A stretch of 64,000 nt of DNA, taken from assembly GCA_000182565.2 (NCBI GenBank), contig KQ257455.1. One strand, given 5' to 3'. Positions 27,168 through 39,963 of the stretch are shown here, one piece after another. The position numbers and the translations under genes are program-made. Every line of letters begins with the position of its first letter. Position 1 is the first letter of the stretch. Source of the DNA: Spizellomyces punctatus DAOM BR117. Its lineage: Eukaryota. The notes beneath the pieces are model-generated. The model was given only the letters and a program-made list of their open reading frames with translations. It had not been told where the DNA came from and did not search any database.

Positions 27168-28800
27168 ATGAACTCAGAGGACGACACAATTCGTTTCAAG
27201 CCGGTACTGAATGACCTTCTTAACCAAGGCAATGAGAGAATATGTGGCATGTGCGTTATCTGTGCGTCCGATACCATTCCGTGGATGTGGAAGAAGCTCT
27301 GATCTCTCATCTACTTGGTTAATTGAGATAGTTGTCACAAGCAATTTGCGACTTACACCTGCCCACGATGCAACTTAAAGTACTGCTCACTGGCATGCTA
27401 CAAGTCTGAGGTACTATTAAGATCGCCAATTCGGGTGCTGTTGCAAGCCTCCCCTACCAACACCGATTTATGCTAGAACCATGCTGCTTGCACAGAGGCC
27501 TTTTACAAGGATAGCTTTGTTGCTGAACTGCAAGGGCAAAAAGTTCCCGAGGAAGACCGAAATAAAATGCTGCAAATGCTGAAAAGATTTGAGAAAGAAA
27601 GCGAGGAACTAGAAGAGCCAGGTGCCGTCATGCCCGTGATAATATGGTTTGCCACAGTATATAACCTGCTCTATTTCCCGTGAATGCAGCAGATGAGATA
27701 CCGGATCTCATGGATCGCTTGGCAGGCATAGATTTAGGTATCTGAAGTGCTCTCTTTCTGAGGGCTGTCCCTTAACCCGCGACCAACAATTTTAATGCAG
27801 AGCAATCTACACCGGATCAAATCCTTTCTGTGTTGACGCCGGCTGAGCGCGAACAGTTTGAAGCCTCCTTACGGGAAGGGTCAGCTGCACTACGTGGATA
27901 CGTAGAGATATGGCGACCATGGTGGATAACCAGTGAAGCAGCTCGACAATCCCTTATTCGCGAAATTGGGCCACCTGACGAGGTTGGCACGCAAAGGGAT
28001 GTATCAGTGCCGGAAATATTGTCGAATATCAAAACAATAGATAAAGTATCAAGCGCCAATCCACAGGAGAGGTTGATTTTCAACATGGTGGACATGCTGT
28101 GAGTGCCTCTGCAGCTGAGCATATCCCATGCAATGATTTTGGCTGTTTCTCAATGAGTCTTAATCAACCTGAACAGAGCCGCGTATGCTTTCATGTGTCG
28201 CTTCCTGAATGGTGAAATAACAGAAGACCCGATAGAGTCTGCTCAGATTATGTGGAATGTGTCGCGTATTCTCTCGAGCAATCAGCAGTTTGCCTTTGAG
28301 AGCGTATCTGAGGCACTGACGTCATGCAAAATGAGATTGCTGCAGGTAATACCCACAACGCTTTGTCGCTCGTTCGTTATTTGACTTATCTTATAACAAC
28401 ACAGAGCAAAGCTTACGACAGCACATTGGATACGGCCATCTTAGCGTTTAAAGATGTCTCCCTCATCCTTGCGTCACATCACTACGTGTTGGCTGCGCTG
28501 TCGGATATCCACAGGATCTTTTCCTCTGCATGTACAGGAGGAAGAGGTGACGGAGCTACGCCGTTAATACCGCGCACTACACGACAGCGGGCATTCACGT
28601 CAGAGAAGAAAGTGTATTACTATTTATGTCTTGTGGGCAATAGGGATGAAATGAGGGACGCCCTTCCTATACTGAAGGCAGCCGTAGATATGGAGGTGAA
28701 GAGGGCGGAGAACGATATGGAGGAGATGCTTAGGATCACGGCGGTAGTAGAGAAAGATAGGTCCAGAAAGCCGCGGGGACCCCTGGTGGAAGAAATGTAA
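27168..28800 (+). CDS. ZNHIT2: Zinc finger HIT domain protein, ZNHIT2-like, multi-exon
   Basis: Spliced CGICHKQFATYTCPRCNLKYCSLACYKSE; CTEAFYKD, LTPAEREQF, WRPWW and ALSDIH...EKKVYYY. Confidence 0.8.
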
Positions 28801-29236
28801 TCACTATCTTGTTCACATTGCTAATCAATTTCTACCACTGCACGCCTCTCTCAACGGTTTAGATTATGAACTTATCTTCACCTCGACTAGCTAGACGTCC
28901 AAAATAATCCTATATCTAACGATAATCTATTATGATATTTTTGAGATACGTGCGCGGCTGCATGCCAATCTTCACAGCAATAGACGAGCTGCATTTGGGG
29001 AGGCACAGGGAGCGAGCAATATTTGAGCGATGATTCACAATTCTGAGAACACGAGGTGTATTGGCCAGCCCTTTATACGTTCATCTGGAGTGGAAGCGAA
29101 ACTTCAAACGAAGAGAGAAGGAGTGAAAATCCGACTCAATTGTGGACGGCCAAAGTACATTGCATGTCACCACGGCTAAAACTGCAAATCCGGAAAGAAA
29201 TGAAACACAAACTTCCATCTCCTCTTTAGGCTGCTG

Positions 29237-29988
29237 CTAATAACCATACGCGGCCAGTTGTTTTTTGATAGGGGCTAGTTGTGTCTCCACCTCCTTCTCT
29301 GCTTTCGCTAGCAGACGCCGCGCCGCCTTTTTTGCTTCATAATACGCGTGAGATTTAGCCTTACGCTTGTCTTCAAGACGGGAAACAACATCTTGATATT
29401 TCCATCCAAACTCGCTTGAAAGCCGCTTGAGAACTGTATATTTGCGCCCAGGGGCAAGCCGAAGAACGCGGAGTGCCATCGGCACGACCATTCGTTTCCT
29501 TTTGTCATACGGGGGAGGAACATCCTCGAATACCTTTAAGCGCTGGAGTGCTGCTTGACCACGGGGGGTCTTGTGAGGAATCATCCCACGAATGGTACGC
29601 CAGATAATGCGGTTTGGTGAATGCAAGTGGAACGGTCCGCGCGAAGGATTAACACGGCAACGCTTGCGAAGGAAGTTCATAAATGTCACTGTGGTGGCAT
29701 CACACATTAGCCGTATATAAAGGTATATTTAATCTCCCACTGTTCCACCTACACTTGTTGCGAAAAAAAGGCCCTGAAATGTTGATTTCCTCGGCACGTA
29801 CAATGGTGACTCTCTGGCCGTTCAATAGCTGCTTTGCAGTTATTGACGCGAGCCGGCCGAGCAGGTGCCCTTTACCATCGACAACATATTCCTGAAAAAC
29901 ACAGAGGGTGTAAATACCTAGTATATTGAAGACGACAAGGACTCAGTCCTGCAAAGGAACTCAATGATACCTTCTGATAGGTCAGCAT
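29237..29988 (-). CDS. RPL16: 60S ribosomal protein uL13 (yeast L16, mammalian L13a), divergent copy
   Basis: [22 protein letters not shown]...[22 protein letters not shown]...GWKYQDVV. An additional upstream ATG microexon near 30051 is possible. Confidence 0.93.
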
Positions 29989-30518
29989 CTTGATATGCGT
30001 ATTAGCGTTTGCGCCCACAAACTCCAGTAAAAGTAAAGAGTCTACCACCATCTGAGGGTAATTCGCTCGACACTAAGGGTAATCATGGGATCCCCGGAAC
30101 AAAGTTCCTTGTACGTATCTGAATGCTGTGAGGCTTTCAACAACGTAATGTGCCCCCTATCCAGCTTTTGTGTCATTTCAACGTTAGGTAATAGAAACGT
30201 TGATGGGATCGATTGAAGCTCAGCTTCAAGTTGTTAATCTCATCGGACCTCGACATCTATTATAGTAGAAAGTTGAATTGCTCTTGCCTGCTTTTAAAAC
30301 TATTGAAGACAAGCTAGACTATCGACCTCGAGGCAGCTTGTGCAGTGATCATGGATTACGATTTCGCTTACTCTATGGATTCCAATGTTGACTCCAGTGC
30401 ATTGTAAAGCTGACACGTGACTCCTCGGCCTGCGTCGGTGATTGAGAAAAGGTGCCAGCTATCAAGTCCTTTCGTTTTCCATCCATCACCGCAACGTCTC
30501 TTCAACCCGGTACTGAAG

Positions 30519-31891
30519 ATGGTGAGCATTACGATTGTCATTGTTGCTGAAGCTACGAGGAAGAGAGATACGCCGAGGGTTGGGATGGATGGATGAATGG
30601 ATGGATGGATGGTTTTGAGTTGATGGATCGTGGAGGGGATGGTGTGGAGCGGAGCATTTTCAGGATTGACAACTGACATTTTGCTTTGGTATATAGTCCG
30701 CGGCCGCTCGTCCCGTCGTTTCGGTTTTCTCTGAGGGAGGTGACTCCGTGGCTGGTACCGTCCAGCTCCCCGGTGTCTTCAAGGCCCCCATCCGTTCCGA
30801 TGTCGTTCGATTCGTGTTCACCAACATGAACAAGAACAAGCGTCAGGCTTACGCCGTCAGCGTCAAGGCTGGTCACCAAACCTCAGCTGAGTCCTGGGGT
30901 ACCGGTCGTGCTGTTGCTCGTATCCCCCGTGTCAGTGGTGGTGGTACACACCGTGCTGGTCAGGCCGCCTTCGGCAACATGTGTCGTGGTGGTCGTATGT
31001 TCGCTCCCACCAAGACTTGGCGTAAGTGGCACGTAAAGACCAACCAGAACCAGAAGCGTTTTGCTACTGCTTCTGCCGTTGCTGCCTCTGCCCTTCCTAG
31101 TTTGGTCTTTGCTCGTGGTCACAAGATCGACCAGGTTAACGAGATCCCCCTCGTTATTGGGAACGGTGTGGAGTCCTTCAAGAAGACTAAAGAGGCCGTT
31201 GCCTTGTTGAAAGCTATCAACGCCTACACAGACGTTGAGAAGGTTACCAACTCTAAGAAGCTCCGTGCTGGTGTTGGAAAGTTGAGGAACCGTCGCCACA
31301 CGCAGAGGCGTGGTCCCTTGGTCATCTACAACGAGGACAAAGGTCTCGTCAAGGCTTTCCGCAACATCCCCGGTGTTGAGCTGGTTAGTTTTTTAATCGA
31401 TTTAGCTAATAGGTCCTGTTCTGATAGTCTATGACAATTTTCAGGCCAGCGTAGATGCCCTCAACCTCCTTCAGCTTGCCCCTGGCGGTCACGTCGGCCG
31501 TTTCGTGATCTGGACTCAAGCCGCCTTCGAGAAGCTTGATGCTCTCTTTGGTGACGCTACCAAGGGCGCTGAGCTCAAGAAGAACTACAATCTTCCGTTC
31601 CCTATTATCTCCAACCCCGACCTCCCCCGCTTGATCAACTCCGATGAGATCCAGGCCGTTGTTCGTGTTGCCGGATCGGCTAAGAACAAGCGTCCCTTCA
31701 CACAGCGCAAGAACCCTCTCCGTAACACTGGTGTACTCGTGCGTCTCAACCCTTACGCCCAGACTTTGCGTCGTCGGGAACTCTTGGCAGAGGAGGCAAG
31801 GAAGGAGGGAAAGAAGGGCCGTACCGCGAAGGTTGCCTCAAAGCGGGGTCTTAACAAGGAGTTCAAGGAGTCTCTTTTGAGCCAGGTTTAA
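30519..31891 (+). CDS. RPL4: 60S ribosomal protein uL4, 3 exons
   Basis: ATG|intron 30522-30696|[24 protein letters not shown] and [12 protein letters not shown]; strong codon bias. Confidence 0.98.
30583..30612 (+). repeat. (GGAT)n microsatellite in RPL4 intron 1
   Basis: ggat ggat ggat gaat ggat ggat ggat gg. Confidence 0.85.
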
Positions 31892-32164
31892 GCTGTGATA
31901 GTCGCGTATGAATAAACTGGTGATGGTTATACTTCTGTACATGATGGCTTTCAATTTTTCAATTTTGCTATGGTGGTGTTGGTCTTCGATTGTGTACCAC
32001 GGTCCCGCTTATCAGGCAAACATGGGGGTCATCCGCGATCAGGGAGAGCTAATGATTCTCGCGGAGATTTACTATTTCTGGAGCATTTTGCAGAATATGC
32101 CCGATGTTTGACCCTATTGCTGAAAAATAGTGCAGAACTTTGTGATCTATAGCACATTCGCCAT

Positions 32165-35100
32165 ATGCATGAACCAACTGTTAGTACAGAATATGGGGTC
32201 AGCCTTCCAGAGTGGTGGCGTTCAAGAAGCAATTTGGATCATGCATCAGTGATGATCGAGGCCTTGCCGGGAGACTTTGTAAGTTGCTTTTCCATGGGTT
32301 CTTTGATTAGCATAAGGACTGTACCAAAAAAGAACCACTCAGTTGATCATTTTACCCTTGTTATTGCGAATGGGTACAGCCGCATAATATGCCATCCAAG
32401 GTTATCTTGCCCAATATTGCTCACGATGCGGCTCACGATCCAGTAAAGGGTCAGGATTGGGAAGGGTGGAACCACGAGCAAGCGGAAGGTGGAAGCCCGG
32501 GAACGTGCGGTTCGTAACTGAAGCAGGCGCGAGCATGTCTTGAGAAGCGATGGTAATTTTGCTCACCTTAGAGTACAGCCGGCAGCCACTGAGGGTGTTA
32601 GTCAGAAAACGACAAGTAAGTTGATAATTCTAGTCATCATTTAAAGGTTCTGTCGTGAATCGATATTATTCATATCAATCACATTAGGCACCTTCCACCC
32701 ACCTTCCGCCCATATATGTGAAACGAATCCGACCTGTTACCAATGTCGTTCCAGAACAGTTCACCGGCCACTCAACCATCCCGGGGGCCTTGCAGACGAG
32801 TCGCATTGGATTGCCGGTAGAAACGATGCTCCCTCGTCTACGAGCCGGCGAACCAGTGGACATGATTCCGTCCGAAGAGGCTGTGGCAAAGAAGGGCATC
32901 TATCCCTTGATAGATCGAGGGTTTGTTCCACATGATGCAGATTACTCTAGATTTTTATCGCCAGACCATCCAGAACGAGTGGGGGTAATATGGAATAAAC
33001 CATCGGTGAATGGGAGTAACGGCAGCGTGCGACCGTTTCTCAGACATGTACAAGCCAAGATCCACGATTTCACTATGCGATTTGAACAGCCAGATACAGT
33101 AATTCGTCTAACCGGCCTGTATGAACCTGCACTGAGACTTGCGTCAGCTGCAGAGAGAATGAAATCTGTAAATGATGAGATGTGTCGTGTGGTGGATCGG
33201 AAGCGCTCCAAGGATAAACAAACGATCAGCACGAAGGCACCCGTAAAGAATTGGAACATGGTTCGACCTTCGCTTAGACCCCGTCCATCTATTACGTTTC
33301 TTCCACCCTCTCTACCCCCAGCTGCCAACCATCATGAGGTGCGCCCATCACCGCTGACCCCAGCGCCTTCGTTCGTGCTAGGTGAGCAGATCTCCGCATC
33401 GTCGTCGGATGTGAACCTCTTCACCGCCGACGAGATTAGAGCGGAAACGATCAATGTCATCCGGGCATCACGAGAGGGCGCGATCATAGTCACCACTGGT
33501 GGAGAGGTTCAAGTCCAGGCACGGGGGTTTCTAGAGTTTCAAAAGAACGTCGGGGAAGATGGTTGGGGGGCTGTAGAGTGGGTTTTGAGGAAATTTGAGA
33601 AGTTGATGACAGAATATGCAGGTGAGACGTTGCTCTCGGCCCATTTTGACAGAGAGTGGTTCATTTTAACGTTTGTGGCATATGTGGGCAGTTCCCTACG
33701 CAGAAATTATGAGCAAGCCTCTTCTTTCTTTGGCTGCCTGCCCAGTCAGGTCTCATTTCACCAGTGAAGAACTTTTGGCCTGTATTGTCAATGCCACAGA
33801 GGTAGTATTATGACGCTTCTGAATGCACTCTCGAATCTCATTTCGATGCATCTTGGAACAGGTTTACCGTATTATTAAAACAGAAGGACAGCGGTATCGA
33901 GGATCTAATGGGCGAGAAGCTGCGGCCCGTAAAATTCAGGCCACCTTTCGGATGTGGATTATGCGGTATGTTTGTCTTGCCAGTCCGTGTTCAACTGAGT
34001 TTCATGTCTTTGAACACCTCTTTACATGGTTCAGCCGCATACAAATGTGGTATCGTGACCGTGTATGGGCTGCAAACATATTTGTCAAGTATTGGAAGAG
34101 GAGGAAGATGCGATTTTCTTTTAGACGCATGGTTGAGGTAAGAAGTCGAAATGCTGACTGGACGGTTTACTCTACGCCTTCATCATCTAATGTAGCGCTG
34201 GGCATACTTTGCATGCAGACCCAGTATCACACAGTACATGTCAAGCGCCACCAACGACTCCTAGCTACATATAAACGGGACATTGCGACCATCATGGCTC
34301 ACAAACGGTATTTTCGTTTCTCGTTGATAACATTAGAGTACACATAATAATACCATGACTTTAGAATTATCATTCAGCTCGTGCCATCGAAGCAGCTCGG
34401 CGAGCTGCAAGATCCTGGTCCCGAAATTCAAATCGGAAGGTCTGTTGTGTTACGTATCTCGTTGGTTGACACATTAATGAATAACAATCGGCGAATTGTA
34501 GAGCGATTATGCTTGGAAACCCGGATGTTGAAACCATATTCGTCACACCGTATGTTGATGAGGACAGAATCAACTATTTCAAGCAAGTATTGGGTAGGCG
34601 CGAAGACTATGCAGACAACATAAACATGGATTGTGTAATCCTATATCTCGTTGACAGCGACAGGCTTCCCAGAACGCAACCCAGTCGACGAGAACCGTAT
34701 TAGATTTGTCGTACCTGAAGCGGCAAGATGCTTCCCGAACACAGCACCTCTGGCTTCAATGCTGTTAGCTAGTAAGAGGGCACTGAACAAGTTGCGAAAC
34801 ATGTGCCAGGGTAGGAATGCCGTGTTGCTGTGTGACGCTATTGGTAAATCGGAAGTCACATTGAGTTCGGTAAGTATAGCCAGTTCTGTGTAAACAACGA
34901 GGTCGACGCTTAAATCCCGCGATCCGGTGATAGACACTTTCCGTTCCATTATTTGGTCCAACGCCCAGCGCCTACAGCCGCTACCTAAGCACTCGCTCGA
35001 GATCTCGAGAATATCTGCGAAGTGCAGGGTTACCAGTTGCACCTGCTTTGAAGTCTCACACAGCAGATGAACACGAACTGTGTCTCCAATTGGTTAAAGC

Positions 35101-38100
35101 GATCTCTATGCATGCTGATGTCCCCTTATGGTGTCTATTCGGAGATCCAGTGATGAACAAAGTGGAAGAATCTGAGCTCGAAGGGCCTGAGGCGTGCCTA
35201 GGTACGATGGAACTCATATATATGTTTCTCTACGATAAATTCTCAATCATCGAGTCTTCTTTTCATGATAGACCCGTCGAACCTAACATTTGTCAAAAAC
35301 CTTTATGAACCATTACCGCCGTCCATCCATAAACCTCCCCTCGCTTTCTCTCGTCCGATCAGTGGTAAGGCTCCTCCAACACCTGCTACAGCAGCAATTC
35401 TCGCTTCGGCCGCCCATCTCCGTCCTACGACAGCCCCACCAGTACCCCATGTCAACAACCGCCCAGCGACCCCTCGTCGTGGAATGATTGCCGCGCATCT
35501 CTCCCTTGCACGGCGCGAGATACCCTTACATACTCGAGTTCTGAGTTCTGGTTCGACATGGAGTGAGTTCATCTGTCGGTGGATGAAGCATGGAGGAATA
35601 GTGCATGCGTTTCCCTCCAGAGATCCTCGAGAAGTGAAAATGATTGAGATCGGAATTGTAGTGGATTTTGAAGGGAAATACGACATATTGATAATGGCGG
35701 ACGTGGTGAGTTCGCAGAACAACGGACTGCTCCTTCGTCTGATGATGCGCTTCTCACATATTTTACTCGACCGCGTAGCTCTTGCACCATGCCAACCTTT
35801 CACCTACTGCTCTCATTGTTCCTTATACCAGCGACACTCAAAGACAACAAGACCTCGCACCGATGCTGGCCAAGATAGCCAGCAAATGTGCATCAGATGG
35901 AATAGCGGGACCTCTTTCCGTCCAATTTTTGACATGGATAGATCCATCTACGGTGGGGGATCGGTGCTACCGTGTGCGATGGTTGTATTCAGCTAAACTT
36001 GCCTACTGAATATCATGACCAGGGGGATCGGAAATATTGGGCAACCCAAATTCGCCCATTTACGTCACCCACACTCCTCCGGGCCGCTACAGTCCTTCTC
36101 GCAACCGGCTGTAAACCAGATTCCCGTGGTTGGAAAGTAACTCTGCCGAAAACCGAGATACCCTTTCAAGTCAGATATGCAAGGAGCGTGCGGTTCCTTG
36201 ATCAGGTACCAAGGGCGTCAACGACATCCATTTTGAGGTATACAATGAAAAGCCATTAATGACCTCTTCCTGTGTAGGCGCAGCTCCGATCATCCTTCCA
36301 AACTAAACAGATGCGAGGAATGTCGCCTAATGAACCCCGGGTTGCATTGTACATATACGGGTTGGAACACGGGCAGGTTGCGACGATGACGCGGGCCGCC
36401 GCGGTCGCAACGGCGTTGAACAACGGCCTTCGCTACGATTTCCTGGTGAGTGATTTGTGCAGTTTGTTAAAGGTTGGGACCAGATTGCTCTGTACATATG
36501 AAGATAACCCGCATGTTAGACGAGAACTGGGATGCTTTATCCGGAGCAGGATGCGACCTGGGGTGGAATTTTGCCATTCATGTGAGTAAACCTTTCGTAT
36601 AGTAGTAGTCGAATTCAAGGGCCAAACTAATGTATTCCTCATAGATCGATTGCGCACAGCTACGAGTCCCTGCTGGAAACTACACTTCTAAACTTACTCC
36701 ATCTCAATCGGCTTCTTGATGAATGCGCTAGCGAAAGTGGGGCGAGGTATCGCAACAACTTCATGGTACGCACATACTATGAGCTGAAAGTAATGGCACC
36801 AATTGACGCTTAAACGGATTTAGGCGGTGGCGGTGCGGTTATTGTATGAGCTACTCGCTTACAGGCCCATGCACATTAAGACGAGCGACCAGATAACCGG
36901 ATGTGTTCCTGTTGCGGTTCAAGCAGCGTTTAAGCATCTTGGTCTAACTCTTCCAGGAGTGGGCAACCGGAGATCAGTCGCCAGACACTCGACACCCCCA
37001 ACACCCGATATCCGGCATTCCAGATGTGTGGCATCCAATTTCAGTGAAGACGACCAGACATCCTCGGAACCAGAATCAGACGTTGAAGAACCTTTGGACC
37101 CTATTTACAACTCCCCAAGTACCACACGGCCATTCCTGGTTCAATCAGCTGCGCCAACGACGTCCTCCGATCTTGAAGTCCTGCTATCATATTTCATGAC
37201 CGTCCCAATCTTCACGTCTCGTCCCTCCACAGTATCATCGGCGCGATCGCGTTCACGTACAGCTAAACCAAAAAAGTCACGGCGACGACGACGTGCTTTC
37301 AGCCCCACAACGGCAGCACTTCTTGCGGAAGAAATTCCATCAAATATGGCAGCCAAACATGATAACACTTTTCAGAAGCCATTAATAAGCCCGCCGTTCT
37401 CTCGACGCGCATCTGCACAGAGAGCAAAAGCCATGGAAGGACGGTCGAAGCGAGCGAGGCTTATGCTGGAAAAGATAGAGAAAGAGATGGAGACACTGTA
37501 TGGACCAAATTACTTTGCTCAAGATATCTCCAATCTTTCGTCACAGAGATCACAGAAAAAAGCCGGCAAGGTCGTCGCAAAGACTGGGTTGCACTCAAGG
37601 AGGGCATCTGAATCATCTCGAGTTGAACGAACCCGAGCGACGACTCAGATCACACCTGCAATGGATGAAGACAATGAGTCCTCTGAATCTGACGAAGATA
37701 CTCATGAGGGGACACATTCATCTGTGAGAGAATCGAACGTGAAGAAGATAGGGAGACGACAAAGTTTGACTGTCCAGTCAAAAGAAGATGTCAGTGTAGA
37801 TATGGAAACGGTGCTGATGAAGCTGCAAGACCTGGCGGAGCGTGGAGAACGCATCACGGCAATCATCGAAGAACGCACCAAACAAAGCCAGAAGAAGCTT
37901 GAGGAAAGCCATAGAAAGCACTTAGAGATGTTAGAGCAGAAACGAAGCGAGGAGGAAGCGAGAGCTGCCCAAAAAGCATTGCTGGAAAAGGAAGCGGAGT
38001 TGGCGGCAACAAGGGGAAGATTTGTGATTGACGCAGGGACAGGACAGAAGATTGAAGGCAAGCCGGGTTCACCTTTACGGCCGGCAAGAAGTGTACCTAT

Positions 38101-38326
38101 TCTTGCGAATCACTCAATCGATGCTGAGTCGAGAGCTGGGGACAAGGTACCACTCGCCACAGCTGCTTCAAATCAAAAACAGGAACCAAACAAGATAGCA
38201 ACGCGGCGAATATCGGATCTTGTTACAGATGTAATGGGAGAAATGTTTGCACGAGAGCGTCGTACCTCGGTCGTTCAGAGGGTCCGGGTGCCCCGTACTT
38301 CCGGTGACAAACAATCTGGTAGCTGA
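32165..38326 (+). CDS. IQCH: IQ motif-containing protein H (IQCH)-like, many exons; 5' end uncertain
   Basis: IQ motif AARKIQATFRMW in GQRYRGSNGREAAA context; IQIGRL, RFVVPEAARCFP...LASKRALNKLR and WSEFICRWMKHGGIVHAFP; long S/R/E-rich coiled-coil tail in ORF 36827..38326. Confidence 0.7.
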
Positions 38327-38448
38327 TTCACTAACTTATAGAGAGTGCAGTTTTAGAGCAACAGAGTGGGTGTCTGAATTATGTTATCTAGTTATCTGGT
38401 GACTGAGATCGTAGCTAGATTGCTAGTGATAACTTGGAGGAACCCCTA

Positions 38449-39017
38449 CTATAAGCGGAACTCTGCCTTAAGGCAAGCGGCATGCTTTTCATCGTAATTT
38501 GTTACGTCGATGAACACTTGGTACTTGCCCTAGTTGTAATTCAACAGAAAAATGAATACATTGTAAATATATACGAGCAGTTCGCAATCGCCCACAAAAA
38601 CAAAAACCGCACCGGGGGTAATTCTCTGGGAAGCTCTACAGTGTGATTGATGTGCACCGGTCCCTTTTCGATGGGACATTCCCTGTCGATTCGCGTAATT
38701 TCATCGCAGAGGTTGATTCTAGTGTCGAGCAACTTGATGAGGCCCAATTTGACCCGCACGTCCGCATACGCCCCAGCATCGACATCTTCGTCGAGATACC
38801 CCTTCACATCTACCGTAAGGTTTTCGCCTCGTTTTGGTGGATCGGGAGTAACGGTGATAGATTCAAGATGGAAAATGTCGTCGGGAGAGCCGCAGTCCTG
38901 AACGCTCCCTTGAGTAAGAAGGAGTGGAAACTGGAGACGCTGATATTGTAGGGAAAGTGCAGAAACGGCGCTTCCTATAGCCAGGAGACCTAGCACTAAG
39001 AGATAGAACGTCTTCAT
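38449..39017 (-). CDS. NPC2: ML-domain sterol/phospholipid transfer protein (NPC2), 2 exons
   Basis: Signal peptide MKTFYLLVLGLLA; CGSPDD...PDPPKRGENLTV, VKLGLIKLL, CPIEKG and LPRELPP-GKYKV...ACLKAEFRL*. Confidence 0.9.
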
Positions 39018-39272
39018 TGCTGGATGCCGCGGAGGTAATCGGGTGTTCAAGGTTATGTTAATGGAATGGGGAAGATGAAGAAAGATAACAATGGTGGAAA
39101 GCAACCAGGAGGTTGAGTATCAGGCCATAATCTTCCCGCATGATGACACAACACGTGAACTGGCTTTAGTGTATTGGCAAAAACAAATGTCAGTGCCGCG
39201 CACACCAGGGAATAGACTGGCGACAACCAGCCCGGAAAAGCTAACTAACCAACTCCTTACAAGTAACTACGA

Positions 39273-39557
39273 CTAGGCCCAATTACACATGCAATACATT
39301 ACGGTTGTTCTAACCGGGTAACTAGCGCCCACCACCACGAGAGAAATCCTACTAGCCTTTTGATTCCGAAATTCTTTAGTCGGAGGATGTTCAGATACTA
39401 AGGTAATGGGAATTAGACTGGATAATACGCGTGGGAAAATACAAAGATAATGCATACCTGCGATCGTAGCAATATAGTAGTAGCAGCATTTGCGAGGGGT
39501 TATGTTGTTTTTGTAGTCGGGTGGGCGAGGTCCTCGGCACCAGAGCAGGATTCTCAT
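39273..39557 (-). CDS. Possible small orphan protein (about 74 aa after a 60-nt intron)
   Basis: TATATAAA near 39640 on the minus strand, CT-rich leader, CATC-ATG start and a canonical GTATGC...CTAAT...TAG intron at 39457-39398. Confidence 0.35.
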   Translation of the reverse strand: MRILLWCRGPRPPDYKNNITPRKCCYYYIATIAGMHYLCIFPRVLSSLIPITLVSEHPPTKEFRNQKASRISLVVVGASYPVRTTVMYCMCNWA

Positions 39558-39963
39558 GATGGACTTGAGAGTTGAGCGTTGGCAGATGCTTGCGAGTCGA
39601 GGTTAAAGAAACAAGAGGGAAGAAGAAGAGGAGGGGTTTATATAGAAAAAGAGCGGATATATTGAGTCATGTATCGTCATGCAGGTGGCAACTGCAGAAT
39701 ATTCCTCTCATAGATGGCTGCAAGGGATAGTAATTGCCATCCGTTGATTGCAGGTATTGGACCCGTTTTTCATACTGGCCACACATATTGGACCCGTTTT
39801 CTCATGATCGAGCATCTTGCATAGTTCATTTGCCTAAATCGAGGGAGGCATCTTGCATTTCATCTCATTCGATCCAGTGGCTGCATCTATATGCAGACTG
39901 ACAGTCGTTCTTGCCCACACACTATGTAACGCGAAATAACGTTCAGATGATAACAATCTAATA

